From the IMG/VR virus record IMGVR_UViG_3300038809_000016, positions 1 to 47,757 of that record: a DNA stretch of 47,757 nt. The stretch is one strand, 5' to 3'. Of the stretch, positions 27,701 through 36,488 are shown piece by piece. Both the position numbers and the translations under genes were made by a program. The notes below the pieces were generated by a model that saw only the letters and a list, made by a program, of their open reading frames with translations, was not told where the DNA came from and searched no databases. The number at the start of each line of letters is the position of its first letter. Within the stretch, counting starts at the first letter, position 1. Origin of the DNA: a virus (Duplodnaviria > Caudoviricetes).

Positions 27701-28404
27701 AGGGCGTGTTCAACGCCGCCAAGCCGAAGGAGGCCGCGCGCGAGCTGCTCGACTTCGCCGGGCGCGAGCCCGACGCCGTGAACGGGATGCGCAAGGCGAT
27801 CTGGGACGAGGCCGAGAAGGTCGGCCGGCGCAAGGGCGAGACGACCGCCAACGCGGCGGGCGAGCAGCCGTGGATGACCGGGCGCCTCCGGGCTTTCATC
27901 AATAAGCCGCAGGTTCGCGCCGTGGTCGAGGAGGCCTACAAGGACGATCCGGAGCATCTGGCGAATATCGACAAGCTGCTCGACGTGCTCAAGGGCGCGA
28001 ATACCGGAGCGCGCGGCAAGGTCCCCAACACTTCGGGCACCGCGCAAGGTGTTCTGGAGAACATGAAGAACGCCGTGTCCATGGAGAGCCTCCAGTCCAC
28101 CTACGGCTCCTACAAGCGCGGGCAGGTCGGGGCGTCCTACGCGATCACCTCGATCGCCTCGCGCCTCGCCCGGAACGCCGTCAAGAAGGCGCACCAGCCG
28201 GCGGTCAACAAGATGCTGGACGATGCGCTGCTCGATCCGAAGTTCGCCGAGGCGCTCCTGCGGGACAACAATCCGGCGAACCGGGCCTATCTCCGGCGCA
28301 CCGCGAAGCTCCAGGGGATCTCCTTTGGCGACCGGGCGCTGGACGGCCTGTCCGATGATGACGATGATCCCGTGAAGGGCGCCTTGAGGAGGGTCGGCCA
28401 GTGA
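24754..28404 (+). CDS. Large DNA-ejection protein
   Basis: 1216 aa, Ala-rich; N-terminal TFPDDATDDEI motif. Confidence 0.75.
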   Translation: MAKTITFEGAPYTFPDDATDDEIAEALGSMAPAPSAAPVPQAEATALADPEQAVNAAPAAPSTLDNVGASIRGALGRGGSAVADALGYGGGPAVPPATYQQSSDLDAMMRGQPAAPATVGPVKTRPAEGGERRPGFMAGALGLADQAARGVAKGAVSMVGLPGDLEAAALNVVPGMARLRQAFGLDPVISKSVFGGQALRDALDTANDATYRALNANLPLAPDGKEAGPGYDLPVREGATLPERLVERVGEELGGMALPAGAAVAKAAKVGMEGARAIQNPIARHFVEQAAADPRRFVAKEALAGVTAGTGAGLANEATREMGYDEHSGAHAVSDLAGALGGLGVVGAAKYGVSKGRDIVGALTGSPGLISDVSKEAAASRLAEAADAPMVKIGNREVPDTSSIVAAIRRGREGEQIGDTVSGYKDTLADVTKDPGIARLEYSRRAGNSAPVNRRAEANEGAVNDAIDALAPEGNAGALRQGLSDWRSQLHAGASAEAQAAQTRFEEAAGRLQAQMHPDARGQDIRAALEDAKAAARDLERGAWDGVSNGSADIRPLVERFGTITDGLSEAERQVFIFGHHGQGHITGIPQRFLPADGRAGAAARGPAPSALDGLAPDERAMAERLFRDAPAPAAPAPAMSVADRIAQAADEVPKDPRAGLGKAVWDIRAKIPDVSDEDFANGLRELMRDKRGMVSSLSDTKSIKPTERGIDLGGGEQHLWVPGDEAGRGDFASWPNGRPQAPAPAPEAPEAATAAPATPAAPEAPGPVNVPLSEATGVRSALTDAQREAASAGQVNKARVIGRYVDAIDSYFAEHHPDVEAYNAARDYSRQLNDRFTRPQTDVAQVLDRNQGMYRQADASVPGRFARPDSADQGGFEALMREAGTDPRARNAVADQLRAKAADLRRPEDVQAFVQEHSRVLDQFPGIRAQLETRARTQQSAGIARTRVETMERELGTENSRGTSAVGQYLHQGPENTSKAIQGVFNAAKPKEAARELLDFAGREPDAVNGMRKAIWDEAEKVGRRKGETTANAAGEQPWMTGRLRAFINKPQVRAVVEEAYKDDPEHLANIDKLLDVLKGANTGARGKVPNTSGTAQGVLENMKNAVSMESLQSTYGSYKRGQVGASYAITSIASRLARNAVKKAHQPAVNKMLDDALLDPKFAEALLRDNNPANRAYLRRTAKLQGISFGDRALDGLSDDDDDPVKGALRRVGQ

Positions 28405-29087
28405 GCCTTGCAGACGCAATCCGCGCGACCGCCGCCAGGATCGGGGCCAACCCCCTCGATCTCGCGACGGTGGCCTCCTACGAGAGCGGCGGGAAGCTCA
28501 ACCCGGCCGTCATGGGCGGCGCTGGCGGCCGGTTCGCCGGCATCTACCAGTTCGGCCCGTGGGAGCAGCAGCACTACGGCGTGTCGAACCGGAGCACGCC
28601 CGAACAGCAGACCGAGGCGGCCGGCCGGTTCCTCATGGACCGCGGCTTCAAGCCCGGCATGGGCCTGCTCGACATGTACTCGGCGATCAATGCCGGGCGC
28701 GTCGGCCGCTACAACGCCTCGGACGCCGGCAACGGCGGCGCCCCGGGGACGGTGCGGGATAAGGTCGAGCAGCAGATGGAGGGGCATAAGGCGAAGGCGG
28801 CCTCGCTCCTAGGCGGCATGTACTCGCCGCCGACCGGCGACGCCAAGGTCATGCCCGGAGGGGCCACCGCTACGAGCCAGGGGCAGACGCCGCAGCAAGG
28901 CTCTGCAATCGCCGACGCTCTCGGCGGCGTGACCTTGCCGACCTTCGGACCGACGATCGTCCCGGTTCCTGCGGCTCCCGACCCGCTCGCCACGGCCAAA
29001 GCGGATGCAGCCATACAGGAGCAGCGAGCCGCCGCCGATCAGCAGCGTCGCCAAGCTCTGCTCTCCGTTTCAGCGTTTTATCGGTAG
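28401..29087 (+). CDS. Lysozyme/transglycosylase-fold virion protein
   Basis: DLATVASYESGG, GIYQFG, DMYSAINAG. Confidence 0.75.
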   Translation: MSLADAIRATAARIGANPLDLATVASYESGGKLNPAVMGGAGGRFAGIYQFGPWEQQHYGVSNRSTPEQQTEAAGRFLMDRGFKPGMGLLDMYSAINAGRVGRYNASDAGNGGAPGTVRDKVEQQMEGHKAKAASLLGGMYSPPTGDAKVMPGGATATSQGQTPQQGSAIADALGGVTLPTFGPTIVPVPAAPDPLATAKADAAIQEQRAAADQQRRQALLSVSAFYR

Positions 29088-29337
29088 GCCCGGTTCTCGG
29101 GTTCTGAACGGCGCAGGTATAGGCTAGTATCTGCGCCAGTTCATAGGCGTTCACGTAGTACCCGGACGGCCGGTACTCGTCTTTCCAATCCCATTGCACC
29201 TTGAAGTTCTTGCCGTCCGGCGAGCTGACCCGCAGCCGCCCGCGGTTCGTCTTGAACGAGGCGTGCGGGTCGTGCTCGATCCAGCGCCCCAAGCGGGGCG
29301 ACATGTGCCGGCTCCACGGTATCCAGTCGATCTCCAC
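28870..29337 (-). CDS. Hypothetical protein downstream of the integrase
   Basis: GGGAGG RBS and GTG; first ~80 codons plausible; tail overlaps the convergent gene by ~220 nt. Confidence 0.4.
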   Translation of the reverse strand: MEIDWIPWSRHMSPRLGRWIEHDPHASFKTNRGRLRVSSPDGKNFKVQWDWKDEYRPSGYYVNAYELAQILAYTCAVQNPRTGPTDKTLKRRAELGDAADRRRLAAPVWLHPLWPWRAGREPQEPGRSSVRRSARSRRRERRRLQSLAAASAPGS

Positions 29338-29348
29338 GGTGGCCTCCC

Positions 29349-30356
29349 TCAGAACCGGAGATCCTCGACGGCGGCGCGGCCGTCGTCGGGGCTGTGCTTC
29401 GCGTAGACCTGCTCGACCATCGCCACGGTGTTCCCGAGGATGCCGGCGATCTTCCACAACGGGACGCCCTTGCGGGCCATCCACGTCGCCGCGGTGTGCC
29501 GCAGGACGTGGGGCGTCACGTCCTCCAGGCCGGCCTCGCGCGCCGCCCGCAGGACGCCCGTGTAGGCCTCTGTCGAGCTGCCGAGGACGAATTGGCCGGT
29601 CCGCTCCCGGTGCGCCCGCTGGAGGATCTCCAGCAGCGTCGAGCTGATCGGCACGCTGGCGTTGCGCTTGCCGGCCGCGGCCGAGGAGCCGGCGCGGGCG
29701 AAGTGGATGACCCGGGTCTCGAAGTCGATCTGGTCCCAGGTCAGCGTCTCGATCGCCCGGCGGCGCGCTCCGGTCGCCAGAGCTATCCACAAGAACCGCT
29801 CGGTCCGCGACAACTTGTCCATATCGGCGCGCTGCGACGTGGCGGCGGCGAACAGCCGGCGCGCCTCGTCCTGGGACAGCCACCGATCGCGGGCGTCGGG
29901 CGGCGAGGGCAGGCGGATGTGCGGGCGCTCGCCGGCCGGCAGCTTCCGGGCGCGCTCGGCGTGCGAGATGCAGGCCAGCACCTTCGTCAGCTCCAGGCGG
30001 GCGGTCGAGAGCTGGGCGCCGTTCCGGAGCCGGGCCTGGAGGTAGGCGTCGAAATAGTCCTGATCGAGACTAACGACCGCCCGGCCGCCGAAGTAGTTGA
30101 GCAGCCGCGGGGCCATGCCGCGCAGCCGGATCGCCGTGGGCGTCCCGCGGCAGCTCTCGAAATAGGCCGGCCAGATGTCGGCGAACGTGACGCCGGCAGC
30201 GGGCTCGTCGCGGACGCCCGAGAGCCAGCGGCCGAACGCCTTCTCGGCGGCGGCCTGCTCGTCGGTCCCGGTGGACTTCCGGCAGCTCCGGCCGCCGGAC
30301 ATGAAGTGGATGTAGAAGCGGCCGTTGGCGGCCCGGTCGAGGTAGGGGACGCTCAC
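29349..30356 (-). CDS. int: Tyrosine recombinase/integrase
   Basis: TGARR (catalytic R), TPHVLRHTAATW (HxxR), LGNT..MV..VYA (Y). Confidence 0.92.
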   Translation of the reverse strand: MSVPYLDRAANGRFYIHFMSGGRSCRKSTGTDEQAAAEKAFGRWLSGVRDEPAAGVTFADIWPAYFESCRGTPTAIRLRGMAPRLLNYFGGRAVVSLDQDYFDAYLQARLRNGAQLSTARLELTKVLACISHAERARKLPAGERPHIRLPSPPDARDRWLSQDEARRLFAAATSQRADMDKLSRTERFLWIALATGARRRAIETLTWDQIDFETRVIHFARAGSSAAAGKRNASVPISSTLLEILQRAHRERTGQFVLGSSTEAYTGVLRAAREAGLEDVTPHVLRHTAATWMARKGVPLWKIAGILGNTVAMVEQVYAKHSPDDGRAAVEDLRF

Positions 30357-30601
30357 TGGCCGGCCTCCTGGCGCTGCTGGATCAGGGTCTCGTTGGACAG
30401 GATCGCCGCCATCTGGGCGTGGATCTTCCGGGCCTCCTGCACACAGTCGGCGAGCATGACGAGCGCGAGCTTGCGCTTGTCGGCCCGCAGCTCGTGGCTC
30501 GCCATTTCGAGGATATTCTGGAGGTGGCGGGTCGTGTCGGCGAAGCGCGAGAGCGCATAGCGGCTGTCCTCGTGGAAGGCCTCGTCGTCCATGGCGGTCA
30601 T
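30353..30601 (-). CDS. Small hypothetical protein coupled to the integrase
   Basis: GAGGAG RBS; GTGA overlap with the int start. Confidence 0.65.
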   Translation of the reverse strand: MTAMDDEAFHEDSRYALSRFADTTRHLQNILEMASHELRADKRKLALVMLADCVQEARKIHAQMAAILSNETLIQQRQEAGQ

Positions 30602-30721
30602 GTCGATCTCCTCTGTCGAACAGCGCCTATATGGCACCAGCCGGACGCGATGTCCAGGCCTCAAAACCAGGTTGACGACGGACCTGATGTCCGCCATGTA
30701 GAGGGGGAGAGGTGACGACCC

Positions 30722-30949
30722 ATGGCCCATTTCGACACGAAGCGCTTCTTGCGCGACAACTTTCCGGACTACCAGTCCATGTGCTCCATGATGCAGGCCT
30801 GGGGCTACACCCCGCCGAAGATGGACGCGGCCCGGAAGTGGTGGACCCGCGAGGGTAACATCCCGGGCGAGTGGCTCCCGCTGCTCCTGGCGACGCTGGA
30901 GGCCGAGAACGGCGGGGCGGTGGCCGTGCGCGAGTGGATCGTCCAGTGA
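30722..30949 (+). CDS. Cro-like HTH regulator
   Basis: 75 aa; AARKWWTREGNIPGEW recognition-helix pattern; first gene of a divergent operon. Confidence 0.55.
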   Translation: MAHFDTKRFLRDNFPDYQSMCSMMQAWGYTPPKMDAARKWWTREGNIPGEWLPLLLATLEAENGGAVAVREWIVQ

Positions 30950-31428
30950 GGGTGCTGGGGATCGACCCGGGCGCCAAGGGCGCGCTCGCCCTGGTCGAGG
31001 GGCACACGGTCTCGATCCACGGGATGCCGAACCTCAAGGTCTCCCGGGGCTCCGGCCCCAAGGACGAGGTGGACGGCTACGCCCTGTTCGCGCTCCTCAA
31101 GGAGCTGCGGCCGGATGTGGCCTATCTGGAGCAGGTCGGCGGGATCGAGGGTCAGAGCGCCCCCGCCGCCTTCAACTTCGGGCGGGCAGCCGCCGCCCCG
31201 GAGTACATGCTGGTCGGTATGGGCGTCCGCCTCGCGCGGATCATCCCGACCGTCTGGAAAAAGGCTCTCAAGATCCGCGGCGCCAAGGATGACGCCCGGA
31301 TCGAGGCTATGCGCCGCTGGCCGGCGCTTGCCGCTGAGTTCAAGGCAAGACGAGCAGACTTCTCAGAAGCCGCACTGATCGCCGAATACGGCCGTTTGAC
31401 TGAAAGGGACCTCAATGTATTCGACTAA
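30946..31428 (+). CDS. RuvC-like Holliday junction resolvase
   Basis: VLGIDPGAKGALA, YLEQV, AFNFG, P..WKK, SEAALIA. Confidence 0.88.
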   Translation: MRVLGIDPGAKGALALVEGHTVSIHGMPNLKVSRGSGPKDEVDGYALFALLKELRPDVAYLEQVGGIEGQSAPAAFNFGRAAAAPEYMLVGMGVRLARIIPTVWKKALKIRGAKDDARIEAMRRWPALAAEFKARRADFSEAALIAEYGRLTERDLNVFD

Positions 31429-32182
31429 GATGCCGGAAAGCCTCGAAGCGTTTCTCGAAGGCCGCGCCGATCCTATCGACCACGAGCACCCGGAGCACGA
31501 CTGCATCTGCGGTCATTGCATGGGCGAGCGCTGCCACTGCCCGCCGCAGAAGACAGCGCATGACGAGTGGGACGCGACCCGCGAGACCGTCTTCGAGGTC
31601 GCCCACGCCCAGACCTGCGGCTACCACCGCGGCTCGGACTGCGACTGCTTCGTGTCCGCCAGCCCGAAGATGGCCGACGAGAGCGAGGCGATCGAGGCCG
31701 AGCACCGGACCGGCGATGTCTACGAGACCGTGGCGTCCATGCTGGCCGACGACGGCCACCTGACCGTCAAGCGCGAGCACGGCGCGGACACCCGGGCCGC
31801 CCCTTGGGAGCACCGGCAGGCCGCCTCGCATCCGCTACTCGCCGCCGGCTACGGTGACGTGAAGCAGTCCGGGGCGAAGCGGACCGACCCGAACGACCCG
31901 CGCCTCTGCCGGCACCCGAATTGGGTCCGCGACGAGATCCTGTCGCTGGTCGAGGAGGCGTGCCAGCAGGCCGTGAAGGAGGCCACCGCCCCGCGCCCCT
32001 ACAGCGAGAACGTCACCAAGGCGGACCTCGTGTCCGTCTACCTCAAGGACGGCGAGCCCCACGTCCTGATGGTGCCGGCCGGCGGCGGGAGGATGATCGA
32101 GGCCCGCATGTGCCCGGCGCTGCTCGGGTCGCTGATCGCCGGCCTCGGCGCCATGGCCGGTGCGCTCCTGGCGACGAAGTGA
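31415..32182 (+). CDS. Hypothetical Cys/His-rich protein (start 31415 or 31430)
   Basis: CICGHC..RCHC and HAQTC..CDC clusters. Confidence 0.65.
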   Translation: MYSTKMPESLEAFLEGRADPIDHEHPEHDCICGHCMGERCHCPPQKTAHDEWDATRETVFEVAHAQTCGYHRGSDCDCFVSASPKMADESEAIEAEHRTGDVYETVASMLADDGHLTVKREHGADTRAAPWEHRQAASHPLLAAGYGDVKQSGAKRTDPNDPRLCRHPNWVRDEILSLVEEACQQAVKEATAPRPYSENVTKADLVSVYLKDGEPHVLMVPAGGGRMIEARMCPALLGSLIAGLGAMAGALLATK

Positions 32183-33474
32183 CCGAGCCTCGCCCTCACC
32201 AGCTCGCGGGGGCGCAGTTCCTCGCGGGCGGTGGCCTCCTCCTGGCCGACGAGCCCCGCGTCGGGAAGACCGGCGCCTCGATCGTGGCGGCCGATCTCGC
32301 CCTGGCGCGTCGGATCATCGTCGTCACCACCGCCTCGGGGCGGGCGAACTTCGCCCGGGAGGTCCGCGAGTGGCAGGCCTTCGACCGCCGCGTCCAGGCG
32401 ATCTACGGGACGATCGGCCGGGTGCTGCCCGGGACCGATGTGGTCGTGGTCGGCTGGAGCACGATCGGCAACAAGGGCCAGCTCGACAACCTGCTCGGGT
32501 TCCGGCCCGAGCTGACGATCCTTGACGAGAGCCACTACGCCAAGGCCTTCGAGGCGCAGCGGACGGTCGCCGGCATGGCGCTCGCGAAGGCGGCCGACAC
32601 CGCGTGGTGCCTGTCCGGAACGCCCATGCCGAACAGTCCGCTCGACCTCTGGCCGATGCTCAAGACGCTCGCGCCGGACCGGGTGTCCGACCTGACCTAC
32701 GATCAGTATTTGGAGCGGTACTGCGTCTGGCGGCGCAAGTGGGTCGCCGGAGAGATGAAGAAGATCATCAAGTCCGGCAAGAACGAAGCGGAGCTGAAAC
32801 AGCGCCTTAAGGGGTTGTGGCTGCGTCGAACACAACAGGACGTGGGGATCTCAAAGCCGATCTACTCGCTGCTGTCCTTGAAATCCGACGACAGGACGAT
32901 GCGTCAGATGCGCGAAGCCACGGCGCACATGCCGGAGGCCGAGCTGATCCTTGACGCGATCGAGACCGGCGAGACAAAATCGCTGGAGATGCACCTAGGG
33001 CCCTTGCGTCGGATTACCGGCGCTGCTAAAGCACAAGGCGTCGCAGAGGTCGTGAAGGAGGAGATGGCGGACGGGAAGATGAAACGGGTCGTCTTGATGT
33101 GCTGGCACACCGAGACTATCGACATCCTCGCGAGCCTTCTCAAGGCGCATAATCCAGTCATCCTTGACGGCCGCACCCCGGCCACTAAGAGAGCAAAGGT
33201 CGTAGAGGATTTTCAGTCGAACCGATCCCAGGTGTTTATCGGGCAGATCATTGCCGCCGGGGAGGCGATCGACTTATCGGTTGCGCAAGACCTGATCTTC
33301 GTGGAGCCTTCGTTCACACCGAAGGACATGAAACAGGCGGCGCTAAGGATCACCAACCTGCTCCAGAAGGGGCAGTGCTTGGTGAGAACGGCGGCGTTAG
33401 CGGGCTCTATTGACGAAGCTGTCATGGATGTGCTGACCCGTAAGGTGAAGTCTATAAGGAGCATAGAGCAGTGA
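32179..33474 (+). CDS. SNF2-family helicase
   Basis: LLADEPRVGKT, ILDESH, LSGTP, GEAIDL. Confidence 0.9.
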   Translation: MTEPRPHQLAGAQFLAGGGLLLADEPRVGKTGASIVAADLALARRIIVVTTASGRANFAREVREWQAFDRRVQAIYGTIGRVLPGTDVVVVGWSTIGNKGQLDNLLGFRPELTILDESHYAKAFEAQRTVAGMALAKAADTAWCLSGTPMPNSPLDLWPMLKTLAPDRVSDLTYDQYLERYCVWRRKWVAGEMKKIIKSGKNEAELKQRLKGLWLRRTQQDVGISKPIYSLLSLKSDDRTMRQMREATAHMPEAELILDAIETGETKSLEMHLGPLRRITGAAKAQGVAEVVKEEMADGKMKRVVLMCWHTETIDILASLLKAHNPVILDGRTPATKRAKVVEDFQSNRSQVFIGQIIAAGEAIDLSVAQDLIFVEPSFTPKDMKQAALRITNLLQKGQCLVRTAALAGSIDEAVMDVLTRKVKSIRSIEQ

Positions 33475-33983
33475 CCATCAACATCACGATCTCGACCGAC
33501 AACGCCACCGACGCCGTGCAGGAGGTCCGCACTCTGGCGGGCGCGCTCGGCATGGTCCTGGCGAGCACCACCGCCCCGGTCGCCGCCGTCGAGGTGCCGG
33601 CCGAGCCCGCCAAGGCCTCGACCGCCAAGCCGGCCGGCAAGGGCAAGGACAAGACGGTGGCCCCTCCGGCTGACCCGAAGCCCGAGACCCAGGCCCAGGA
33701 CACCAAGGACGAGGCGGCCGAGACCAAGGCGGCCGAGACCGCCAAGGCCGCGGAAGCCGCCGAGGCCGGGAAGTCGGTCGCGATCGACGCCAACTCGCTC
33801 CGCGCCGCCGGCAAGGCCTACGCGGACAAGTACGGGATGCCGGCGTGCCTGGAGGACGCTCCGAAGATCATCGGCTTCCCGAGCTTCGGCAAGGTGCCGG
33901 CCGAGAAGGTCGAGGAGGCCTACAACGCCATGACGGCGGCCGTCGAGCAGAACCCCTTCGATCGCGCTGAGAAGACGGCCTGA
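33471..33983 (+). CDS. Hypothetical replication-module protein
   Basis: A/K/E-rich linker; typical position before DUF2800. Confidence 0.75.
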   Translation: MTINITISTDNATDAVQEVRTLAGALGMVLASTTAPVAAVEVPAEPAKASTAKPAGKGKDKTVAPPADPKPETQAQDTKDEAAETKAAETAKAAEAAEAGKSVAIDANSLRAAGKAYADKYGMPACLEDAPKIIGFPSFGKVPAEKVEEAYNAMTAAVEQNPFDRAEKTA

Positions 33984-33987
33984 CGCC

Positions 33988-35355
33988 ATGACCGCTGCAC
34001 CCGGACACGCCGACCGCGGGCACTACGAATGGTCCGCCTCCTCCAGCGCTCGCCTCTGGGCGTGCTCCGGGTGCATCGCGCTCACGCGCCGGCTCACCTA
34101 CGCGGACAACGAGAGCGAGGCGGCGGCCTGGGGCACGGCCTGCCACGAGGTCTCGGAGATGTGCCTTCGCTCTGGCAAGGACGCGATCGAGTTTCTCGGT
34201 CGCGTCATCAAGACGAAGCGGCACGAGATCGAGGTGGACGAGGAGGTCGCTGAGACCGCCCAAGTCTTCATCGACTATGTGCGGACGACGAACGAGCGCA
34301 GGACTGAGGAAGGCCAACGCCACGTTTGGATCGAGGAGAACTTCCGCCTCGACGCGATCAATCCGATCTTCGAGAGCGGCGGTACGGCCGACGCGCTGAT
34401 CTACTGCGACGAGAACCGCGAGCTGGAGGTCGTGGACCTCAAGGGCGGTCGCGGGATCGTGGTCGAGGCCACGAACAACAAGCAAGCCCGGACCTACGGT
34501 CTCGGCGCGGTCCTGGCGCACCCCGAGCTGGATATCGAGACCGTCAAGGTGACGATCGTGCAGCCGCGCGCCCCGCACAAGGACGGCCGTATCCGCAGCG
34601 AGACGATGCACCTCGCCGACCTGATGGATTGGGCGAACGAGCTGCTGGAGGCCCAGCGCCGGGCGCACAACGCGATCGTGGACTTCGGGCCCGGCGAGCC
34701 CGACGAGGAGGACTTCAAGGTCTGGGCCGGCGTCTACCTCAAGGCCGGCGATCACTGCACGTTCTGCCCCATGTCGGGCTCCTGCATCGCCCAGGCCGAG
34801 AAGGCAGAGCGCGAGGCGAAGCTCTGGTTCGTGGATCAGACGCTCCCGGCGCCGGTCGTGGAGCGGATGACCGTCGAGCACCTCCGTCCGGAGGAGATCG
34901 GCCGCATCCTCGACCATGCCGACATGATCCAAGACTGGCTCAACAGCGTGCGGGTCCACGCGCACCGCCTCGCGGAGCGCGGCGTCGAGATCCCGGCCTA
35001 TGTGCTGGTCGAGAAGGTCGGCCGCGAGAAGTGGCTGGACGACACCCAAGACCTCGTGCTCGCCGCGGCAGATCTCGCCGGGCTGGAGACCGAGGCCTAC
35101 CAGAACGCGCCGAAGCTCAAGACGCCGAAGCAAGTACGCAAGGCTCTGGGCAAGGCCAACGAGAAGCTAGTGGACGGCCTGTCCACTACGCCCACGGCGG
35201 GCACACAGCTCGTCCGTTCCACCAAGACCGTTCGCGAGGCGGTGGCCCCGGCTGCACATCGGTTCTTCGAAGCTATCGGCGACGACAGCTACGAGAGGAC
35301 CGCGGAGCCGAAGGTCAACGCGGCTGCGAACAAGTTCTTCTCGAAGATCGACTGA
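33988..35355 (+). CDS. DUF2800 Cas4-like PD-(D/E)XK exonuclease
   Basis: SASSSARLWACSG, GTACH, GGTAD, VVDLKGG, QARTY, GDHCTFCP...C. Confidence 0.88.
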   Translation: MTAAPGHADRGHYEWSASSSARLWACSGCIALTRRLTYADNESEAAAWGTACHEVSEMCLRSGKDAIEFLGRVIKTKRHEIEVDEEVAETAQVFIDYVRTTNERRTEEGQRHVWIEENFRLDAINPIFESGGTADALIYCDENRELEVVDLKGGRGIVVEATNNKQARTYGLGAVLAHPELDIETVKVTIVQPRAPHKDGRIRSETMHLADLMDWANELLEAQRRAHNAIVDFGPGEPDEEDFKVWAGVYLKAGDHCTFCPMSGSCIAQAEKAEREAKLWFVDQTLPAPVVERMTVEHLRPEEIGRILDHADMIQDWLNSVRVHAHRLAERGVEIPAYVLVEKVGREKWLDDTQDLVLAAADLAGLETEAYQNAPKLKTPKQVRKALGKANEKLVDGLSTTPTAGTQLVRSTKTVREAVAPAAHRFFEAIGDDSYERTAEPKVNAAANKFFSKID

Positions 35356-35366
35356 AAGGTTCTGTT

Positions 35367-35999
35367 ATGACTTCACGCTCCCCCGACTTCCGCTCGCCGC
35401 TCGCTCGTCTTTCGCGCGTCGCCCTGTTCAAGCCCCGCGACCGCGAGGGCAAGATGAAGTACGAGGTGAACCTGCTGTTCCCCAAGGACGCAGATCTCTC
35501 GGAGATCAAGACGGCCGTGATCGAGGCGGCCAAGGCCGAGTGGGGCGACAAGGCCGTCGAGCTGCTCAAGAAGAAGGTTATCAAGCAGCCGATCCTAGAC
35601 GGTGACGGCGAGCAGGGTGTTTCGAAGAAGACCGGCGAGCAGTACAAGGAGCTGGAGGGGATGTGGTTCATCCGCTGCTCCTCTAACCTCCAGCCGGCCC
35701 TGTTCTCGAAGCAGGTCACGGCCGCCCAGGAGGGCAAGGATCTCTACTCCGGCTGCTTCGGCTACGCCGTTATCCACGCCTATACCTGGGAGAACGACAA
35801 GAACGGCAAGGGCGTCTCGATCGGCCTGTCCATGGTCCAGATGGCCCGTGACGGCGAGAAGCTCGGCGGCACGCCGGCCGACCCGTCGAAGTTCTTCGAC
35901 AAGATCGACACGTCCGATGCCGGCGGTTCGGACGATCAGTCCGGCGGCGACGGCGGTGGCGACGAGGACGACGACGGCGCCGCGGCGCTGTTCTCCTAA
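35367..35999 (+). CDS. DUF2815 ssDNA-binding protein
   Basis: ARLS..LFKP, KYEVNLLFPK, LYSGC, KGVSIGL..VQ..RDGEKLGG; acidic tail. Confidence 0.88.
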   Translation: MTSRSPDFRSPLARLSRVALFKPRDREGKMKYEVNLLFPKDADLSEIKTAVIEAAKAEWGDKAVELLKKKVIKQPILDGDGEQGVSKKTGEQYKELEGMWFIRCSSNLQPALFSKQVTAAQEGKDLYSGCFGYAVIHAYTWENDKNGKGVSIGLSMVQMARDGEKLGGTPADPSKFFDKIDTSDAGGSDDQSGGDGGGDEDDDGAAALFS

Positions 36000-36007
36000 T
36001 CGAGCTG

Positions 36008-36038
36008 GGGCGCCGCGGGTCCTCTGCGGCGCCCTTTC
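36008..36038 (+). terminator. Hairpin, possible terminator after SSB
   Basis: gggcgccgcgg-gtcct-ctgcggcgccc-ttt. Confidence 0.5.
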
Positions 36039-36065
36039 CATGACCAGAGCAGAGAGTGACCTACC

Positions 36066-36488
36066 ATGTCCATGATGAAGACCCGCGCGATCGGTCGCGT
36101 CCTCGGCGGCGCCATGGGGCTCGCCAGCGCGGCAGCCGCGGCGATCACGAACGCCGTCGCGCCCAAGGACCCGAACGCCCTGCCGCCCTCCAGGCCGGTC
36201 CGGAAGCGCAAGCCCGCCAAGGTCCGGCGGATGCTGCACTGGAGCCGGGAGAGCCGCTACACGCCGCACCAGGGGCGCCGCGAGCAGACCCGGCGCGTCC
36301 GCCAGATCCTCCGCGGCTGGCACACCGTCTACACGCCGGCCCCCGTCGAGGAGGCCACCGCCCCGGCGATCAAGGCCTCGGCGCTGATCGAGAACGGCCT
36401 GGAGGCCGAGAAGCGCGCCAAGCGGAGCGAGGCTGCCCGGAAGGCCGCCCGCACCCGCGCGGCGAGGAAGGAGGCCGCCAATGGCTAA
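36066..36488 (+). CDS. Basic hypothetical protein
   Basis: Arg-rich; SRYTPHQGRRE. Confidence 0.7.
   Translation: MSMMKTRAIGRVLGGAMGLASAAAAAITNAVAPKDPNALPPSRPVRKRKPAKVRRMLHWSRESRYTPHQGRREQTRRVRQILRGWHTVYTPAPVEEATAPAIKASALIENGLEAEKRAKRSEAARKAARTRAARKEAANG

Noticed and set aside
29093-29109. Alphaproteobacterial LexA box
   Set aside because: GTTC spacing is 4, not 7.
33988-35355. CRISPR Cas4
   Set aside because: Standard DUF2800 nuclease in a DUF2815/Pol A module; no cas operon.
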